A stretch of 63,505 nucleotides of DNA, filler included, from Rhabdomonas costata (taxonomy: Eukaryota), in the NCBI GenBank assembly GCA_019059605.1. It is 23 parts of 23 records of this genome, joined end to end, with 100 filler letters (N's around TTAATTAATTAA, not from the genome) between each part and the next. Parts side by side here need not be neighbours in the genome. Positions count along the whole stretch, not along the records: positions 1 to 2,669 come from JAHMHO010002414.1; positions 2,770 to 5,437 come from JAHMHO010002415.1; positions 5,538 to 8,205 come from JAHMHO010002416.1; positions 8,306 to 10,972 come from JAHMHO010002417.1; 19 more parts are not named here. One strand, given 5' to 3'. Of the stretch, positions 1 to 10,687 are shown in pieces (positions within the stretch are counted from its first letter, which is position 1; every line of letters begins with the position of its first letter). Below the pieces are notes generated by a model. It did not search any database. It saw only the letters and a list, made by a program, of their open reading frames with translations, and had not been told where the DNA came from. The position numbers and the translations under genes are program-made.

Positions 1-31
1 GCTAAGGCGAAGCTGGGGTTTTGTGTGTGTA

Positions 32-144
32 CAGTAGGCTTGCCGAAACGCTGCGTGGCAGGTTATTGGGGTTTTCCTGACCTTTTACCCTCGGCCGGTT
101 GTGGAGCCCCTTGGTGGCTCATGTTGCACCGCTTCTTGCCCCAA
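32..144 (+). repeat. Dispersed repeat family A, copy 1
   Basis: CAGTAGGCTTGCCGAAACGCTGCGTGGC...CTGACCTTTT...GGCCGGTTGTG...CCCCTTGG...CCGCTTCTTGCCCCA aligns by eye with 2788-2853 (+) and 3897-4016 (-). Confidence 0.8.
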
Positions 145-207
145 GATTCGGAGGGTCTACAGCAGCACCGACAAACTATAAGCAGAGAAGGTTGCCTTGT
201 TTACCAG

Positions 208-576
208 CTCTCTGCCCTCTCTGCCCTTCTCGGCGTTCGACTTTCAGATGCTGTGTCCTCGCTGGCTCACAATGCCCCGCGGGATGCCCTTGTACTGATT
301 ACGGAGGACGCTGGCTTAGCATGTGCGATAGAGATGCCGCTGTGCAACCTGGCTCTTCGGCGTCCTGGGGACCTTCGTGTCCTGGGATTCGACAACGGTG
401 TGAGTGTGGATGTGGACGCCAGCATTGTCCACCCCTTGCAGCTCTCCGCCAGCTTTGCACCAGAAGATATGAATGCGGCTGTGGTTCGGCAAGAAATGTT
501 AAAAATTCAGCACTCCAAAGAACTGCGCCATCGGGCTGGGGTGCCGCTGCCCTTGCCCTTGCTATTGTGGCGATGA
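208..576 (+). CDS. Exon encoding the C-terminal part of a LacI/type-I periplasmic-binding-protein-like sensor domain
   Basis: Follows an acceptor-like TTTACCAG. DALVLITEDAGLACAIEMPLCNLALRRPGDLRVLGFDN resembles the LacI-family motif xAIFxxxDxxAxGxxxALxxxGLRVPEDVSVVGFDD. Confidence 0.55.
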   Translation, partial: LSALSALLGVRLSDAVSSLAHNAPRDALVLITEDAGLACAIEMPLCNLALRRPGDLRVLGFDNGVSVDVDASIVHPLQLSASFAPEDMNAAVVRQEMLKIQHSKELRHRAGVPLPLPLLLWR

Positions 577-668
577 CTGCTAGCTGGGGGGCGCGACTCC
601 ACGGATTCTCTCCGGAGGCTCTTTCGGGGCTATCGTTACCGTCAGAAGTCTAACGCTGTTAGACGTTA

Positions 669-814
669 GACACACGTGTCCCCAGGGATTCCAATAGAAG
701 CTTTGCAGGGGGTTAGGAAGGCGACACACGTCCCCTGGGATTCCAACAGAAGCTTTGCAGGGGGTTAGGAAGGCGTGTCCCCTGGGATCGTTCTCCCCGG
801 GATTCCAACAGAAG
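669..814 (+). repeat. Tandem repeat, ~52-54-nt unit, 2 full plus 2 partial copies
   Basis: GACACACG(TG)TCCCCWGGGATTCCAAYAGAAGCTTTGCAGGGGGTTAGGAAGGC at 669-722 and 723-774, with partial copies to 814. Confidence 0.9.
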
Positions 815-864
815 TTTCTTTGTGTGTTTCTTTCTTTCCTGGGGTGTGTTTCCTGTTGAGCTGA

Positions 865-1638
865 ATGGCTACGCCTTCTGAAGACGAGCGCGTAAGGGCT
901 CATGTTCGTAAACTTCTCTCTTACGGCCCCGATGCCCCCACTGCGGCTGGACGTGACGAAGAGGACGACATGGAGTAGGCTTACAGCGTCACCAGCTGCG
1001 AGCAGTACATTAACAAGCTGGGTGTGGACAACAAGCGCGAGGCCTGCTTTCACTTCCACCAAATTGTTAAGATCGGGTTTGCCAAAAAGCGAAAGCTTGA
1101 GTCTGTTCCTGCTGCTGATTCTGCACCTGCTGCTGCTGCTGCTCCAGCCGCTGCACCAGAAAACCCCAAGAAGCCTAAGGTTACACAGCAACAGGCCGAG
1201 GCTAACGTTGCTGATTTTCTTGCTAACGTGTCCTTTTCTATCAAGGTTCCTGACTCTTCCCTCTCGCAAAGACAGGCTTCTGCTTCATCTGATTCTGATT
1301 TGATTGCTCTGGCGAATGATTGCGCCAAGGAAGCGGGAGGGCTCGGGGTTTCCATTGTCGCCGGGAACTGTTTCTTGGCTCTCAAGAAACCTGACGAGTC
1401 TGTTAAGGATGCTTACGACCGTGTAATGCAATCTCTTGATAAGTTCGCGTTTAGTCTTCCCACGGCTAGAAACTGCGTGAAGGTGGCTGAGTTGGCTCGC
1501 CTGCTTCCAAATCTTCCCCTTGCTTAGACTTCCCTGCGTCATCTGTGCAATAACCTTGGAGGCCTTGACCTGGTCCTCAGGGTGGCAAAGGAAGGGGGGG
1601 GGTTTGATGAAAAGCGATGGGTGGATGTTCCTGATTGA
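865..1638 (+). pseudogene. Intronless ~257-codon ORF of unknown function with two in-frame TAG codons (976-978, 1525-1527)
   Basis: One frame from ATG 865 (MATPSEDERVRAHVRKLL...) to TGA 1636-1638, protein-like on both sides of each TAG, with strong T-ending codon bias. Confidence 0.65.
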
Positions 1639-2101
1639 TTGTTGTACTGCTGATTAAAAACGCCTTTCTTCAGACGTCGTCATTCATTCCTGTGGCGGTT
1701 GCCGGAGTTTCTGTTGCCTTGACTTTTATTCGGCCTGGATTGCGTCCATCAAGGAAGCCTCCGACGAGGATGTACTTAAATGGCTTCAACGTCACCGGGT
1801 TCTCCGAGTGCCTATCTGGAAAAATAAGACGTGCATCGCTATGGTTAACACATGCGTCTGGTTCCCGTAGGTCAAACCGGTTTGAGTGCTGTCGGCATGG
1901 TTGTCGCAGCAGTGCTTCTTTTCGGACGGACTTCCTTAATTCTCTTCGAGAATCTTTGAGAATTACTTCCAAAACTATTTAATTCTTTGAGAATTACCGC
2001 CAAAAATTTTCTCTTCTGCGGTTTGCTGTTTTCGGAGTTTTCTCAAGGACAAAGCTGCTCTCATTCAATCACACAGAAACTCTCGTATTGCATCTCTATG
2101 C

Positions 2102-2669
2102 ATGGTGATTAACAACGAACAGGTGAAAAAAAAACAGCGGGCGTCTTGGGGGGCTGCTCCTGGAACTCGTGTGCAGTGGGACGAAACTATCGCGGGGGAA
2201 AAAAGGAAGTACAACCGGGACATATATTTCTGGTGTTGTTGAAGTGCTTTCTCTAAACTCCAGAGTTGTTGGTCGCGGAAGAGGTGCAAAGAAGGCTGAA
2301 GTAAAATCATTCGTGGGGCTTTTCAAATGCTGCCGCTCGGAAAGGGCCGCAGGAATTCTCTTGTCCTTCCTCTCCCGCGTTTCCTTTTGAAAAGATGCTG
2401 TTGGGTGGACCGACTCTCTCAACAATTATCGCATGCTCAGGTCCCGGTACATACACTCTCGCGTGAATCACAGCAAAAACAATTCAAAGCACCGGATGGC
2501 ACGTGCGCGAATGGAATCGAGTCCCTCTGGAACAGACTGAAGGCCACTACCAAAAATGTCTTTGCAAAAATTTCCTCTTCCTTGCCAATAATGCGCAGAG
2601 TGATCCACTTTGCTCTTATTTGCTTCAATGCTAATTGCGCTGGAAAAATCCCTCTCCAAATTTTTCTGT
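2102..2669 (+). mobile_element. Frameshifted Merlin / IS1595 (ISXO2-like) DDE transposase, truncated by the contig end
   Basis: Ordered motifs across frames: PGTRVQWDETIAGEKRKYNR; ISGVVE...ERAAGILL; KDAVGWTD; HSRVNHSK; FKAPDGTCANGIESLWNRLK. These match the family motifs V(E/Q)IDE..KRKYNRG, I.(S/T)D, VNHS..F and N.IE..W...K. Confidence 0.88.
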
Positions 2670-2769
2670 NNNNNNNNNNNNNNNNNNNNNNNNNNNNNNN
2701 NNNNNNNNNNNNNTTAATTAATTAANNNNNNNNNNNNNNNNNNNNNNNNNNNNNNNNNNNNNNNNNNNN
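2670..2769. other. Artificial contig linker (first of 22). Contigs: 1-2669, 2770-5437, 5538-8205, 8306-10972, 11073-13739, 13840-16510, 16611-19282, 19383-22048, 22149-24814, 24915-27579, 27680-30345, 30446-33109, 33210-35864, 35965-38628, 38729-41393, 41494-44158, 44259-46923, 47024-49686, 49787-52450, 52551-55214, 55315-57978, 58079-60742, 60843-63505
   Basis: Identical 100-nt N-TTAATTAATTAA-N spacer (stops in all six frames) recurs every ~2.77 kb, and the contigs are almost equal in length. Confidence 0.98.
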
Positions 2770-2787
2770 GGGGTTTTGTATGTAAGC

Positions 2788-2853
2788 AGGCCTCCCGAAA
2801 CGCTGCGTGGCCAGTTCTTGTGGTCGAGTTTCCTGACCTTTCACCCTCCGCCG
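2788..2853 (+). repeat. Dispersed repeat family A, copy 2 (in a presumed TOR intron)
   Basis: AGGCCTCCCGAAACGCTGCGTGGCCAG...TTTCCTGACCTTTCACCCTCCGCCG. Confidence 0.8.
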
Positions 2854-3032
2854 TCCCCTGGGCGGCAGGCATGTACTTTCATGGCTCTTTCTCCCTGCAT
2901 CATTCCAGGGCAATGCCGAACGCCATGGCTGCCCGCGACAATGCTGCAGTAACCAAACTCAGGGCAAGCCAAGGCAGGAGACAGCACAAGATAGAATGCA
3001 TGGGGGAGAGGGAGCGGAGGGGGAAGCACTAC

Positions 3033-5160
3033 CCAGCGGATCTCTGGGTCCGTATCCGCCACGGCGACACTGAGGAGGTGACATAGCAGCCCAGGCAAGA
3101 ACTGGATGTCCGCTCTCTTCAGGCGCACCAGCGTGTGCCGCTCAACGCCCTTTGAAGTGTGTTGTCGAGCAAATAAGATGATTCTTCTTCTGTGCACAAA
3201 CGTGACCGCGAACCATGAACGATGCCCACACGGGCAATCGCTGAGCTCCGCATCCGCGCTGGCGAACTGTCCTGCACATCCGGAGCGACCTCCATCGGAG
3301 CGAAATCCGCTGTTTCCATCTCAGCGTTCAAATTGAACGCACGAGGCTCAGCTCTATGCTCTTACTTGCACAGTTCCACGCCAGCTGTCCGTCTGTCCAC
3401 ACTTGTTGGGTCTGGACGACTGCAAGGGTTCTGGGAAAAGGGGAACCCGGGTTTGCTACGGTTCCAGGCGACGGTTTTTCTCAATCCCAAAACGCTCAGG
3501 GGTGACGCCAGGGCTATGATCGAGGCGGCCTATGGTAGAGGATTTATCCACAACAAGGGAGGTGCCGATCGGACGTGCCTGAGCGGGTATTGGGCCACAG
3601 GTGGTTCGTGGCATACCGAGAGCACTCGGCCGGGCAGCTCCTGGAGGGACTGCAGGGCCTGGCCCAGCAGGTGTGCGCAGGCCCTTGCGGCGGCCTTGCG
3701 GAGCTGAGGGGAACCGTCCTTCAGGTACTCTACCACGGTGCCCCGCACAAGGGCGACCAGGCAGGCGTGGTCGCGAAAGCTGAATGAGGCTGAGAAATCG
3801 AGGGTGTGGTGTGCAGAGAACCTCACCGAAGACAAACCAAAATCAGCACTCCACCAAAAAACCAAAAGAACGTGCGGTCGTGACGCCTTCGCTGCATGGG
3901 GCAAGAAGCGGCGAAATGTGAAAAGGTTGGCTGCCAAGGGGTGACACAATCGGCCCAGGAACAAAAGGTCAGCGACTCTCAGGGACTGGCCACACCGCGC
4001 TTCGGGAGGCCTACTGCATCTACCCTACATCATCTACCCTACCCCACTCGAGCCATCCTTTCGGCCGAGCGGCTCAGCCCCCCAGGTTCTCCAATGATAT
4101 ATAACCCAAGAACACGAACCCTCGGCCAATCCCAGACCGCGCGAAAGCTAATAACGTGAAGACGTCTGCGATATTAAGCGTGGGATTATCGCCCAGCAAA
4201 TGATATGGGACTTAGTTGAGGGTAGGGGTGAAGGTCGTCAGGCAAAGCTCTGCCGGTTGCTGGAAGGCTGCTGGAAGGCCAGTCTAGCTGGGCCATTAAG
4301 CCTATGATATGCAAAAATGTGTGTGTGTGGGGGGGGCCGCTAGTTGGGTTGTGTGTTGCCAAGAAAGTCGAGAACTTCTGGAGAGTGAGGGGTTCGCAAA
4401 GGAGGGCGATGAAGGAGAGAGGAGAGGGTAAGCTGGGAATAGAATAGCAGCGTACCAAGCATCTCCAGGGCAACCAGCTTGTCATCCAGCTCGGTGCTGG
4501 CTGCGTCCTGGCCACGTTTTCGCTCCTTGGCTGGAGGACACGCTGTAGTTTTTGGGTTTTCGATGGGGTGTGCAAGTGTGTGTGGGTGGTGGTTCGGGAG
4601 GCAAGCATCGAGCTGTAAAAGAGGAGTAGTACATACACTCACAAACACAAGCTGTCAACAAGGCTCAGCTCGCCATTTCAGCTCACTCACTCATCCACTG
4701 AGGAGGAATTTCATACTTGGAAACCGGCAAGGTGAACGCCGGTTTCCAAGTATGAAATAGCCGGTGCTGTCACCGGAACATCGCGGCATCGCAGCGCAAC
4801 AAGTGCAGAGGCAAGCTGTGCCGTAGAAGCACTCACAGCAGCTCCATGGACGAACCATCTCATCCTCAAAGCCGCAAAATTAAATCTCCAAATCCCAAAT
4901 TACGAAGGTCGTCCAGGTTTTTGGCAGGACGACGTTGCGATTGGGGCCAGAGGGTCGAGTACTCAGCTCTGTGGTGGTGGTCATGGTGGTGGTGGTGCGT
5001 TGTGCGGAAGGAGGGGGAGCAGGGAGCGCAGGATTGCCTGGGCGCTCTGGGGCCAGCGTCTGGTGGATGACCTCCATCAGTCTCTTCTGCACCTCTTTCA
5101 GGGTACTTGGCAAGGCTGTCGTTATATCCGTCAGAGCCTGCCCCAATTTCGCGCTCAGCC
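3033..5160 (-). CDS. TOR: TOR kinase, N-terminal HEAT-repeat region (exons start at 5160; ~4508-4456; 3789-3617; 3149-3033)
   Basis: Collinear segments GLSAKLGQALTDITTALPSTLKEVQKRLMEVI, LVALEMLASFSFRDH...YLKDGSPQLRKAAARACAHLL and LLCHLLSVAVADTDPEIRW mirror mTOR GLSPALTAVL..QLKKDIQDGLL, LALRTLGSFEF..IRMEAARTCSRLL and LSKLLVVGITDPDPDIRY. The two downstream introns are GT-AG and in phase. Confidence 0.85.
3897..4016 (-). repeat. Dispersed repeat family A, copy 3 (in a TOR intron)
   Basis: Reverse complement reads CAGTAGGCCTCCCGAAGCGCGGTGTGGCCAG...CTGACCTTTTG...GGCCGATTGTG...CCCCTTGG...CCGCTTCTTGCCCCA. Confidence 0.8.
4708..4758. repeat. Perfect 21-bp inverted repeat with a 9-nt loop
   Basis: ATTTCATACTTGGAAACCGGC-aaggtgaac-GCCGGTTTCCAAGTATGAAAT. 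Confidence 0.95.
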
Positions 5161-5579
5161 CTGCGAGCAGATAAACGAGCAAAAACATGTGAAGAAGAAG
5201 TAGAAGACAACGTGGAGAACTTCTAGTCCATGCAAAGCGGACGATCATGACTGGGAATGGCTGCACCCATTTATAAAGAGGAACGGTTAGTAGAATTGGC
5301 CCCATTTTTTGTGGCGAATACAATCTCCTCGACCAGGACACACGGCTCTGGTACTATACTTGATTCATTTTTGAATGCCTCCCTCTGCCCCTACCTGCCT
5401 GCCAGATTCAGCAAGCAGTGGCTGACAACCCCACCCCNNNNNNNNNNNNNNNNNNNNNNNNNNNNNNNNNNNNNNNNNNNNTTAATTAATTAANNNNNNN
5501 NNNNNNNNNNNNNNNNNNNNNNNNNNNNNNNNNNNNNGCGGTGGGTTCTGGGTGGTGGTGTGTGTGTGTGGGGGGGGGG

Positions 5580-6736
5580 CGGAAGCAGAAGAGTCTACCA
5601 TCGGCAACCGAGCGTACATCTTCAGGGCAACCTCCAAAGAAGCTCTTGCGTCCTCGGCGGCGTATTGAATCTGTTGCGACCCGCGCGAGCGGATAGGTAC
5701 ATAGGTACACTCCACGCCCCGTGAAGGCAGCCCACACTTTTGACAACCTAAATATATAATTGTCTCGCTCATAACCCCCCACACACCATTCATCCCTCCA
5801 AAAAAATATACCAGCACCAAACCACATGGTAACGCTGCGAGGGAGTAGGTGAGTCATTTGAGTCTGAACCGTGTGAAGGATGCGGGAGTAATTATCCCCA
5901 GTGACCTGAGCAGGGGTGAGGGACCGCTGGCACCAACTGCTCCTCTGGTTGTCCTTGCTGATGATCTTCCCGGTGAACACCCGGGCCAGGGTCTGCAGCT
6001 TCCCGTCCTTCATCACGTCCAGCTCTGGGAACCGCTCGTGGGCCACACACCGGAGGTCCAGCCAGCTCCGCACGCCGCACTGGAAGGTGCGCTGCACAGC
6101 CTGCGCGTCGTTGCTCGCCCCAACTCCCACTTTGACAATGTGGGGGCATTGTAGGACATCCTTAACCTAAAGCGAGACAGCAGAAAGAAAAACTTCTTCG
6201 ATGACGGTAAGCCAGGAAAATCAGTGACCCGATAATCGGAACTAGGCGACTTTGTGGATAGAATATTCTCATCAAAGAGAACAGCGGGTAGTGCAGCCGA
6301 AATGATCATAGAGCAGCCGGAATGATAACTAAAGATATTTCTGAAAGGACACCAAAAGGCAGGCTAAACAACAGCCAGAAGACAAAACGGTCCAGCTACA
6401 CGCCATCTTCACTGAATCCCAGCCCAACGGTTTTGAGATGCTTTCGAAGGATTCTTTTGGACCAAAACATATGGGATAGTTATTATTGCAGTTAATTGCG
6501 GTTTTATTTTCTATATTTTCCCCACACGGTTTAGGTAGCTGTGGCTTCCGATTTCTTTTAGCTCACTAGAAAACAACATACCACCGCAGGGAGTTTGGCG
6601 CCCAACCGGGCCAGATGGACAACGTACGTCAGCTCCTCCGTGGCCAGCTGCAGCACCGCGGGTCGCTGCTCGCGGTCGGACGGCAGCCACTCTGCGTCAA
6701 AGCCCACGAGGTGGCCCTTGCCGTCCAGCAAGGAAC
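5580..6736 (-). CDS. WRN/EXD-type DEDDy 3'-5' exonuclease domain (exons 6736-6582, 6166-5906, 5670 onward)
   Basis: ExoI VGFDAEW...PAVLQLAT, ExoII KVGVGASNDAQ...WLDL, then SSW..SLTPAQ|IQYAAEDA (ExoIII), with in-phase GT-AG introns. Confidence 0.9.
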
Positions 6737-8040
6737 CTGCACCACAAACCACCGAAAGACCACAGAAGACAAATTAAAGTGACCTTTCAGGCCCACGCGT
6801 ACACGCCTTCAATGATCGAGTTCAATGATCGAGACGTGTTTGCGAATTGGTTGGGTGAGCCCAAATAAAAAATAGGGGCCTGCCACTGTGCTCTGTTCGC
6901 TCTTGGGTGGGAGTCTCGCATCCAAGCCAGTTGTTCAACACTCTCAGGAAACTTGCAGTGACACTGGTAAACGCTCAGAGGACGAGGAGACCAACCAATT
7001 ATAACATATGCACACTTACCCAATGGGTCCAGCAAACGCAAATCCTTGTCCTCCGCAATGTACACTTCAGCGGCTCCTGGAGGAAAAAAGCATCTACTAG
7101 TGAATACAAAAAGTGCGGTACGAGCAAAAGAGATGAACCAGGCAAAGGTGATGGCAGGGAATAATGGAATGGGGGAACTGCAAGTATAGCACTTTTCCAA
7201 TTTGTGAAGCCAATGCTTTTCAATTCACTTAATATAAATCAGTAGACAGGTGTTCAGCAGCAAAGAGCAAAAAATACTAAGCACAGAAGCATAGGATGCG
7301 GCCAGGAAAGCGACAAAACAAAAAGGGGACAATAAATTACAGAGGAATGAATTTGTGAAACCAAATTGTGAAGCTGTAAAGTGTGTTCGATCGACAGGAG
7401 GGGGGGGGCGGGGCTGCCTTGTTCACTGCGGTAGTGTCCAAGTGCGTGTTAGTTTGTCGGTGTCACTTTCCCTTCCATTTTGGCAGGCAGAAAAAATGCA
7501 CACTCTTTTTCCATCACCACTGAAAGGGCACTTTGTGGGGTATCTCGTTCACTCGAGTCCCTTGCCCTCGCCTGTCTGCCTGCAGGTCTCTTCAAGGGGC
7601 GGGATTGGGCTTTCCTCTCCACATTCACACAAATTGCCTGCCAACTCGGAGAATTCGTTGCCAAACTCGGAACTTGCTGTTCATCAACACAGTAGGTATC
7701 CGCAATGGCACTTCATAGTTTGCTTTCAAGGCTGAAGAGGGCGCAAAGCACTTTGATTTGCGCGGCTGTGTATGAATGCAACACATATGCACATGTATTG
7801 CTCCCCCACCCCGTCTTCACCACTTCCATATTCACTCCTAACCACGCGGGTCCAGCACGGGGGCGACGGTGAAGGCAACTCTGGCCCGAACCCTAACCAG
7901 GACTTCCCCTGTCAAATTGGAGCGGACGCATGAGAAAGTAACACACATACACACACGCACACAAAGAGCGCGAGACCCGGTCGATAAAGCACCAGGTCAT
8001 CTTGGGCTCGCAAGATCTCCTGAAACTGAACCAGATCGTC

Positions 8041-8205
8041 GGATTTGTTGAAGCTCACGTGAAGCGCAGTGTCCTCGGAGAGGTCTGGCACCACAGTACG
8101 GCCCTCGCTGTCGCACAGGCTTTCCAAGCGGCGCTGCAGCGAGGGCCGTACTGTGGTGCCAGACCTCTCCGAGGACACTGCGCTTCACGTGAGCTCCAAC
8201 AAACC
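8041..8205. repeat. Fold-back inverted duplication at a contig end (likely amplification chimera)
   Basis: 8052-8110 is the exact reverse complement of 8137-8195. Confidence 0.85.
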
Positions 8206-8307
8206 NNNNNNNNNNNNNNNNNNNNNNNNNNNNNNNNNNNNNNNNNNNNTTAATTAATTAANNNNNNNNNNNNNNNNNNNNNNNNNNNNNNNNNNNNNNN
8301 NNNNNGT

Positions 8308-10687
8308 GGGTTGGTGGAGCTGCTACAGATGACGGAGCTGAACGAGGAGCAGAAGCAGTGTCTGGTGACGGTTCGAGATGCGATTTCGGCGATGATGGTG
8401 GTGATCAACGATTTGGTGTGGGGAGGGGGTAGTGTTTTTTTGAGGGTGTTTTTACTCGCTTTAAGTTTGCTTGGGTTTTTCGGAATTTGAGATTATTAGT
8501 AGCTTTCTTTCGAATATGCACCTGCTGCTTTCCAGGCAACCTCGAGTTAGAATGATCACATCTAAGCAAGTCCGGACCAGCAGTAACTCGGCATCATGTT
8601 GCTTCCCGATAAGCAGTAGCTTATGAATGAAAAGGGCAATGGATGGTGTGTATGTATATGTATTCTTTAGCCGAAAGTTTGTAACTTTGAGCCTATCTGG
8701 CACAATCCCCCCCCCCGCGGATACAAATCCAGTAACTAAAGGAAGCATTTCGGTGAGAGCTAAGCTATCATTGGCGAGTTTCTTGAAAGAAGTTACCACC
8801 GTCCTCCCTGATGTTGGTGCGTGCCGTCGCGTCGCGGACCTATTTTTCATCCCACCAGCATAAAAAGATCCTTCTATACCGCAGATTGCTAAATGAGCCC
8901 CATCGACAAATATGGATCGGCGGCCAAGACGCGGACAACTTTCTTTTGCGTCGAAATTAATCGATAATGGCATGAGAATTGAGTTTCATTGACATTTTCA
9001 TGATTTCGTTTACCAGCTCGATGTATTAGCCATTACGCTTCACAATAATTTGTCCCTTCACGAATTGTATTTTTCGTATCGACACATGATGACACATTAG
9101 TACGTATGACAATGTGAGGGTGTGTGTTTTTACGTCTGTTTCGGTGAATGGCGATGTGGTCTTTACTGGTTGTTTTCAGGAGAGACTGCGCGGGTACGAG
9201 ACGTTCTGTGACTGTGACTGCGTGTGTGATGCGAAGGAGAGCAAAGTCGAGTGGCAAATTGAGAGTGTGGAAGAGAATAAGGGTGAATAATTATCTCTTA
9301 CAAGAGGAGCACGACCCTACACTGACGTGATCAGAAGGAACATGAGGGAAAATGGAGATGCGCAGGAACAAATTGGAGAGCATAGCCATGCTGCGTCAAC
9401 GAGGCGGCCGCTAAGCCATCAGAGCAGAACACAGAACCGGATTCCGCCGCACTTTTCTTCTGCCGTTATATCTAACCGACTCCTTATCTCGATAATAAGG
9501 TGCCTTCCTCCCCCACTCGCTCCCTAAAAACATCGTTTATCTCAAGAAATCACCCTGACAAATTCCTATTTCAATTTCGAAACCCTCTTCAGCTCGACTT
9601 CTTCAAGCTGGAGACCCAAAAAATCAAGCTGGAATCCCTCCCGGTGGCAGTAACGGAGGTGGCGCAGTCCGTGATGAACCTGTACCGGCAGCAGCTCAAG
9701 CCCGGGGTGAAGGGCCTGGTGGAGGGCGACGCCAGCCTGTCCTTCACCGGGGACCCCACGCGGATCCGCCAAATCCTCTCCAACTTGGTCTCCAACAGTG
9801 CGAAGTTCACCCCAACGGGGAGCATTTGCATCAAAGTTTCCGCAGGGGAGGGCACTCAAGGAGGGGTTCAGTTTCTGGTGCAGGACACGGGGCTGGGGAT
9901 CCCGCGGGAGCGACTGCCGTCGATGTTCCAGGCCTTCTCCCAGGCGGATGGCACCATCTCTCGGCGGTTTGGGGGTACGGGGCTTGGGCTGCACATCGTG
10001 AAGCAGCTAGTGGAGCTAATGGGGGGTACCATTACCGTGGACTCCGTCCTGAACGAGGGCACGACGTTCACGGTGAAGCTTCCCTTGCCTCTCTCAGGAA
10101 ACGTCGTGGTCAAGGCCCCGACGACATCGGTGGAGTCCGTAGTGCCGCAGTTCCCAGGCTTTGAAGTGGTGGCCGTGGACGACACCCCGATCAACCTGGC
10201 CGTGCTGCAAGGCTTTGGCCGCCGCGTGGGGTGCAACATGCACCTCCTTTCCAGTGGAACGCGGGCCATCGACTTCTTTCAGACGGAGTCCGCCGACCTA
10301 TGCCTTCTGGACATCTGGATGCCTGAGATCGACGGGATTGAAACGGCGCAGCGGCTTCGAGGGATGGGGGTTGGTGTTCCCCTTGTCGCGTTGACCGCGG
10401 ACATCTCCTCGGAGGTACTGAGCAAGTGTCAAGGGCTATTTCTGCAGGTCGCGCACAAGCCTCTGACCTTCCAAGCCTTCATTGAGCTGTTGACGCACTT
10501 TCGGCAGCTGCGGGACTTTGGTGTGTTTGATCCCCAGGCTCGGCTTTCAATGGTTTCCGAAGTGCAGCTTAGCAATCGCGAGGCTTCTGCCCACAGTACG
10601 ATTCGTCTTTTTGGATACCTTCCTCCTGAGCATGAGCCCGAGCCTGAGCCGGAGATTCTCCAGCGGCCTTCATTTTTCCGCGTGTGA
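8308..10687 (+). CDS. Hybrid sensor histidine kinase (HisKA end, HATPase_c, receiver), 5' truncated; exons 8308-8415 and 9593-10687
   Basis: LVELLQMTELNEEQ...INDL|LDFFKLE; N-box GDPTRIRQILSNLVSNSAKFT; G1 VQDTGLGI; F-box FQAFSQAD; G2 GGTGLGL; receiver VDDTPIN, LLDIWMPEIDG, VALTAD, KP. Confidence 0.95.

Noticed and set aside
669..814. CRISPR-like array
   Set aside because: Units are head-to-tail with no unique spacers, there are only two full copies, no cas genes, and the context is eukaryotic.
2714..2725. TTAATTAATTAA recurring every ~2.77 kb
   Set aside because: Artificial scaffold linker embedded in Ns.
2788..4016. Inverted family-A copies read as the TIRs of a 1.2-kb transposon
   Set aside because: The enclosed DNA is collinear TOR exons and the two copies are diverged; independent insertions are simpler.
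8041..8205. Long hairpins as ncRNA or MITE (also 41239-41385 and 63306-63497)
   Set aside because: All three end at contig termini with C/A tails, and two copy exon-like sequence, which is typical of template-switch fold-back artefacts.
8461..8973. 170-aa minus-strand ORF in the kinase intron
   Set aside because: No recognisable motif or host codon bias.
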